Positions 52,939 to 56,661 of a stretch of 56,661 nucleotides of DNA are shown here, piece by piece; positions within the stretch are counted from its first letter, which is position 1, and every line of letters starts with the position of its first letter. Where the stretch lies: the NCBI GenBank assembly GCA_051941275.1, contig JAVEBF010000013.1, positions 1 to 56,661 on the forward strand, written 5' to 3'. The notes below the pieces were generated by a model that searched no databases, was not told the DNA's origin, and saw only the letters and a list, made by a program, of their open reading frames with translations. Position numbers and translations under genes: made by a program. This DNA comes from Dirinaria sp. TL-2023a. Its lineage: Eukaryota.

Positions 52939-53292
52939 CTACAAAATATCGTGATTCGTCATCTTAATCCATAACTCCCTTGCCTTTGCGTTCCTCGCCT
53001 CGATTGCCTCAGGGTCCTCTGCAGGCTGTAAACCGGTTCTCTGCCTATAGTCCAAAACCCTCTTTACATAATAGGCCATCGAGCCATGTATCGCATATGC
53101 AGCCGCCGAGAGTAAACCAGTCGAACCCATTGCAGCCCAGATGCCTTTATTCACACTGGGCGCTGGTACGCCAGGAGTACCTACAGGGCATTCAGTTCTC
53201 CGAAGACTTACGGTTGATGTTGATGTGCAAGAGCACAGAATGAGAAGCGAGCTGGTGAGGTACACGACCATGAAAATGGAAGAGAACCACAT
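52939..53292 (-). CDS. Hypothetical small membrane/secreted protein (117 aa)
   Basis: ATG-initiated ORF with a hydrophobic N-terminus, a second hydrophobic segment (GIWAAMGSTGLLSAAAYAI) and a charged helical C-terminus. It is preceded by a pyrimidine-rich leader on the minus strand. No family recognised. Confidence 0.5.
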   Translation of the reverse strand: MWFSSIFMVVYLTSSLLILCSCTSTSTVSLRRTECPVGTPGVPAPSVNKGIWAAMGSTGLLSAAAYAIHGSMAYYVKRVLDYRQRTGLQPAEDPEAIEARNAKARELWIKMTNHDIL

Positions 53293-54400
53293 GGCCAGTT
53301 TGGGAGGATTTGAGCGAACGAGCAGGTGGAGATGGAGGGAGGGAACGGCGTTAAAGAAGGAGCATCCGGGGATTAGCAGTGTCTGAATAATTTTGGGACT
53401 GTCAGGACATTAGCATCTAGACTCACAAGACCTCTGAGCAGGACTTACACGCTCATGTTGGCATTCAATTGGACAAGCCAAACGGAGCCAAAGGCTATCT
53501 GAGCAATGCTGAGCAAGAGTATGACGCAGACGACAGCTGGCGCGTAGACAGTAACGCGAGATGCTCCCGCCCATTTTGGGTCCCCTGTCCAGGAGAAATT
53601 GTGGAATTGCAATGTCCTTCCTTTCGCCATCACGATTCACGAAATTCGAGGTTCCAAAAAATGCTGTAGATTGTGCCAAAGTAAGGCAAAGGAAACGCAC
53701 ATGGAACGCAGCGTCCCACTGAGAGATGGTATAAGAGAGTAGTGTCGCAGGTGCAAAGCTTAGCACTGCTGCCTGGACGTACAAAGTACCTACTCTCGCT
53801 ACTCTACAGTGTATCACGGTAGCGCGCTAAGAGCGAGTATGATCTTGTAGGTAGGTACGAGTATTTAGACTTCAAATCCTGATAAATGTAGGGTATAATG
53901 TTAAGATATGACTCTACTACCGTGCTTTGAGCTCGTCTAAGGTAGAGTCTTGCTGAGGTAGCCCCCTCACCATCTTAGGCAATGATTGTCGCCTCCGCCT
54001 CCAGATAGAGTCACATGACCGAAGTTTATCCGGATACTTGCCGGCCGAGCCTACCTGACCTCACTCTGAAGTGTAAACCTAACACACTCTACAAAGCCAG
54101 CACGGTTGCGAATCGCAGCACACATTCCTTGTTTCGCCGACGTAATTACTATCCGCTTGCAAAAACAAATTGAGCACCTTACGGCGTGTTTTCGAGCCAT
54201 GGAAAGGCCTCATTCCGTCACCGGGCCTGCATCGCTCGGTGACCGGCTGGACTTGTTAGGTGGACGGCGGAAGCATAAAGGGACACGATAGGCTTTTCAA
54301 CAAAATTTGAACCTGTTCCCGGAGAGTGTCTTATTCTGCGCTACTTTTCATATCAGGATCGTCCATTGTTCGAACCGTCGCCAGCGGCAAATTCAGCGTC

Positions 54401-55363
54401 ATGACACAGGAAATCTCTTTCTCAGGTATGCTACAGAGGCTCACAGGTGGTAACATGATGTTGACTATGAGTCTCAAGACTATCTCGGACTTAATGCCGC
54501 ACTTTATGAGTGGGCTGAAAGCTATGACTCCAAGGTAGGTCCCATGTGCCGCCTTCTACTTACGATACGCTGAATGACTATAGGATTGGGGCCGTCTTGC
54601 TGCATGTATCGCTCCGACGATGCGGATTGACTACCGCTCTTTCCTGGATAAAATCTGGGAAGCTATGCCGGCGGACGAATATATCGCCATGGCATCGGAT
54701 CCTCATGTTCTAGGCGATCCCCTTTTGAAGACCCAGCACTTCATTGGGTCGTCGAAGTGGGAATATGTCTCCGAGACAGAGGCTATTGGATGGCACCAGC
54801 TGCGCGTGCCACATCAGCGGTACACAGATGAGTCAAGGACAGAGATAGCGGTCAAAGGACACGCCCATGGATCAAATCAGCATTGGTACAAAAAGATCGA
54901 CAATGTATGGAAGTTTGCGGGGCTTGCACCAATTATTCGATGGGGCGAATTCGACTTCGACAGCGTCTTTGCAAGCGGAAGGGACACATTTGGCGAGAGC
55001 GACAAGGTTGAAGAACAGATCGCAGTTGCGGCAGGAGTCTCTCCCGAGATAGGACTGGAGAACGCGTCCCAAGACTTGGAAGGCAGAACTGCCGTCGCAC
55101 AATCTGCTCGAAGTATGAGTGGAGACGTTCCCGCCATGCCACCCCCATCGGTGGAAAGCACTATCCAAGAGGTATCTGATCGTTCTGACCAAACTCAAAC
55201 AAAGGTTGCTCTCATGGGCCCGGAAGATGGCATGGGATCTTTGAGCGTCGAGCAGCCGCATGCAGAACAAGTCCAGCTGATACAGCTGGCCAAGGAGGAC
55301 ACAAAGCTCCCCGAAATGCGCGTCGAACGGGTTTCTTCTGACGATGGCTCAATCACAGCCTAA
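54401..55363 (+). CDS. SCD1: Scytalone dehydratase (DHN-melanin pathway), 286 aa with an extended C-terminus
   Basis: Exons 54401-54425, 54479-54534 and 54584-55363: ISFSDYLGL...YEWAESYDSKDWGRL..IAPTMRIDYRSFLDKIWEAMPADEY...VLGDPLLKTQHFIG...HQLRVPHQRY...KGHAH..N.HWYKKIDNVWKFAGLAP.IRW.EFDF. Confidence 0.95.
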
Positions 55364-56429
55364 TAAGTTACAACGAGTCTAGTCATTCCTTTGATTACAG
55401 CGTATCATTAATCAAAGAGCTATATTTTACGAAGCCGTGTTTCGTATGACAATCATGTTATTGACTAATGTGATACTAATTGCGAATGAATTCTGTGTAT
55501 CGAGCTGAAGAAGGCCCAGCGTGGTTTTCTGTCCCTGTTGACCCACTGATTGATGCAAGAAGATGTTGTTTGGCAACATCACAAGATACAAGGGTTGAGG
55601 GTCAAGAGTTGTGAAGGCTTCTACCCACGTCCACTTCTTGCAAATGTGGTACTTGTCCCTCTCTAACGAAGCATCTCGGCCCATGATTTACCCGCTATAT
55701 GAATGCCTACATGCTGCGTGCTAACTGCAGTAAGTTTCCGAGAAGTTGTTAATTAGTGCCTTGCGAGGGACTCTGATCTGCTCAGTTTGCAGATTCAAAA
55801 GTCGGATCGATGATAAATATGGTCTGATCGATCCAGAAAAGCGGACTATTCACTTCTATTATACACATCTTTATTTAATTTCGTTCTCGGAAGAAAAAGA
55901 CAAAGATAATGACAATGCTTCGAAAATCCTGTCGCTTCAGATACATGTAATACTACAATGTTCCTCAACTTGACAATGTACTTCTGCCTCAGACAGTGTC
56001 AGCTGTGAGGCAAATATTTCAATCTATACACACAGGGTCAATTTCTCAAATGGAGGCAGCTGGGCATGCATGGTTCGTCGTCACTAAAGAAACATCATCA
56101 GTATGGATATCTCGCTGGCTGATGGATTCGACTGTCATATCTCACGTCATGTTTATCAGTTAACTTCGCGTTCTCTTTGTCTCCTCAGGAAATTTCTTTT
56201 GGTATACTGCTTGATGATCTTCTATTAGTGGTAAATACTCCAGCATCTGCTCTCATCAGCCTTCCTTAGCATTTTCATGGATCTGATCTGGAAGATCACG
56301 TGTGAAGTCACCTGGTAGTCACCTTACAGATCTAGATTTTGCACCGGATTCTGGTAATTACATGTGTGGGATCTGATGGGCATGTGGCTCGCGCCGGATG
56401 CGTTTTCACCCGCCTCGGTTGCAGATTGT

Positions 56430-56661
56430 CGAGATGTAGTTTTTACTCGAAATATTCGAATCTGTTGAAAATGTTCACTCATGCGATTGATTTAAAATTC
56501 AGAGAGCAGTATATATTGAGCGTATATCTAGATCACGCTGAGATTTTAGAATTAAATTTTATCAAAAAAATACACACTCTGATTTTAAAATAAATTTGAT
56601 AAAAAAACGAGTTATGTTTTTAAAATTTATTTGCAAAAGATCGAAACTGATATAAATTAAA
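56430..56661. other. AT-rich, apparently non-coding terminal segment (possible edge of a RIP-degraded repeat)
   Basis: Sharp shift to A/T-rich sequence with A- and T-runs and no credible ORF. Confidence 0.4.

Overview
Gene-dense, intron-rich nuclear DNA from a filamentous ascomycete (Pezizomycotina; short GT-AG introns with CTRAY branch sites). The raw ORF track therefore fragments most genes, and I reconstructed the spliced models by eye. Family assignments rest on motif recognition, not database searches. About 21 protein genes are present, mostly housekeeping, in order: AIM24 (partial), ATM1, a C2H2 + J-like protein, a 74-aa two-exon micro-gene, SMC6, a HeLo-NACHT-ankyrin-ZZ NLR-like receptor, cystathionine gamma-synthase, UTP22, POM152, a UCH37/BAP1-type deubiquitinase, a conserved hypothetical, an FBXO21-like F-box protein, JJJ1, SQS1, ATG4, divergent H2B/H2A, complex I B22, KGD2, a GH17-But2 glucanase, a small orphan membrane protein and a scytalone dehydratase. 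The right end becomes AT-rich. Most notable are: (1) the all-in-one NLR with a duplicated two-ankyrin module array and a C-terminal ZZ finger; (2) the micro-gene missed by the ORF track; (3) the reversed zinc-finger/J-domain protein; (4) a TACCTTA/TAAGGTA element recurring in intergenic and bidirectional-promoter DNA; and (5) a scytalone dehydratase with a ~120-aa extra tail. I recognised no tRNA, rRNA, CRISPR array or intact transposon.
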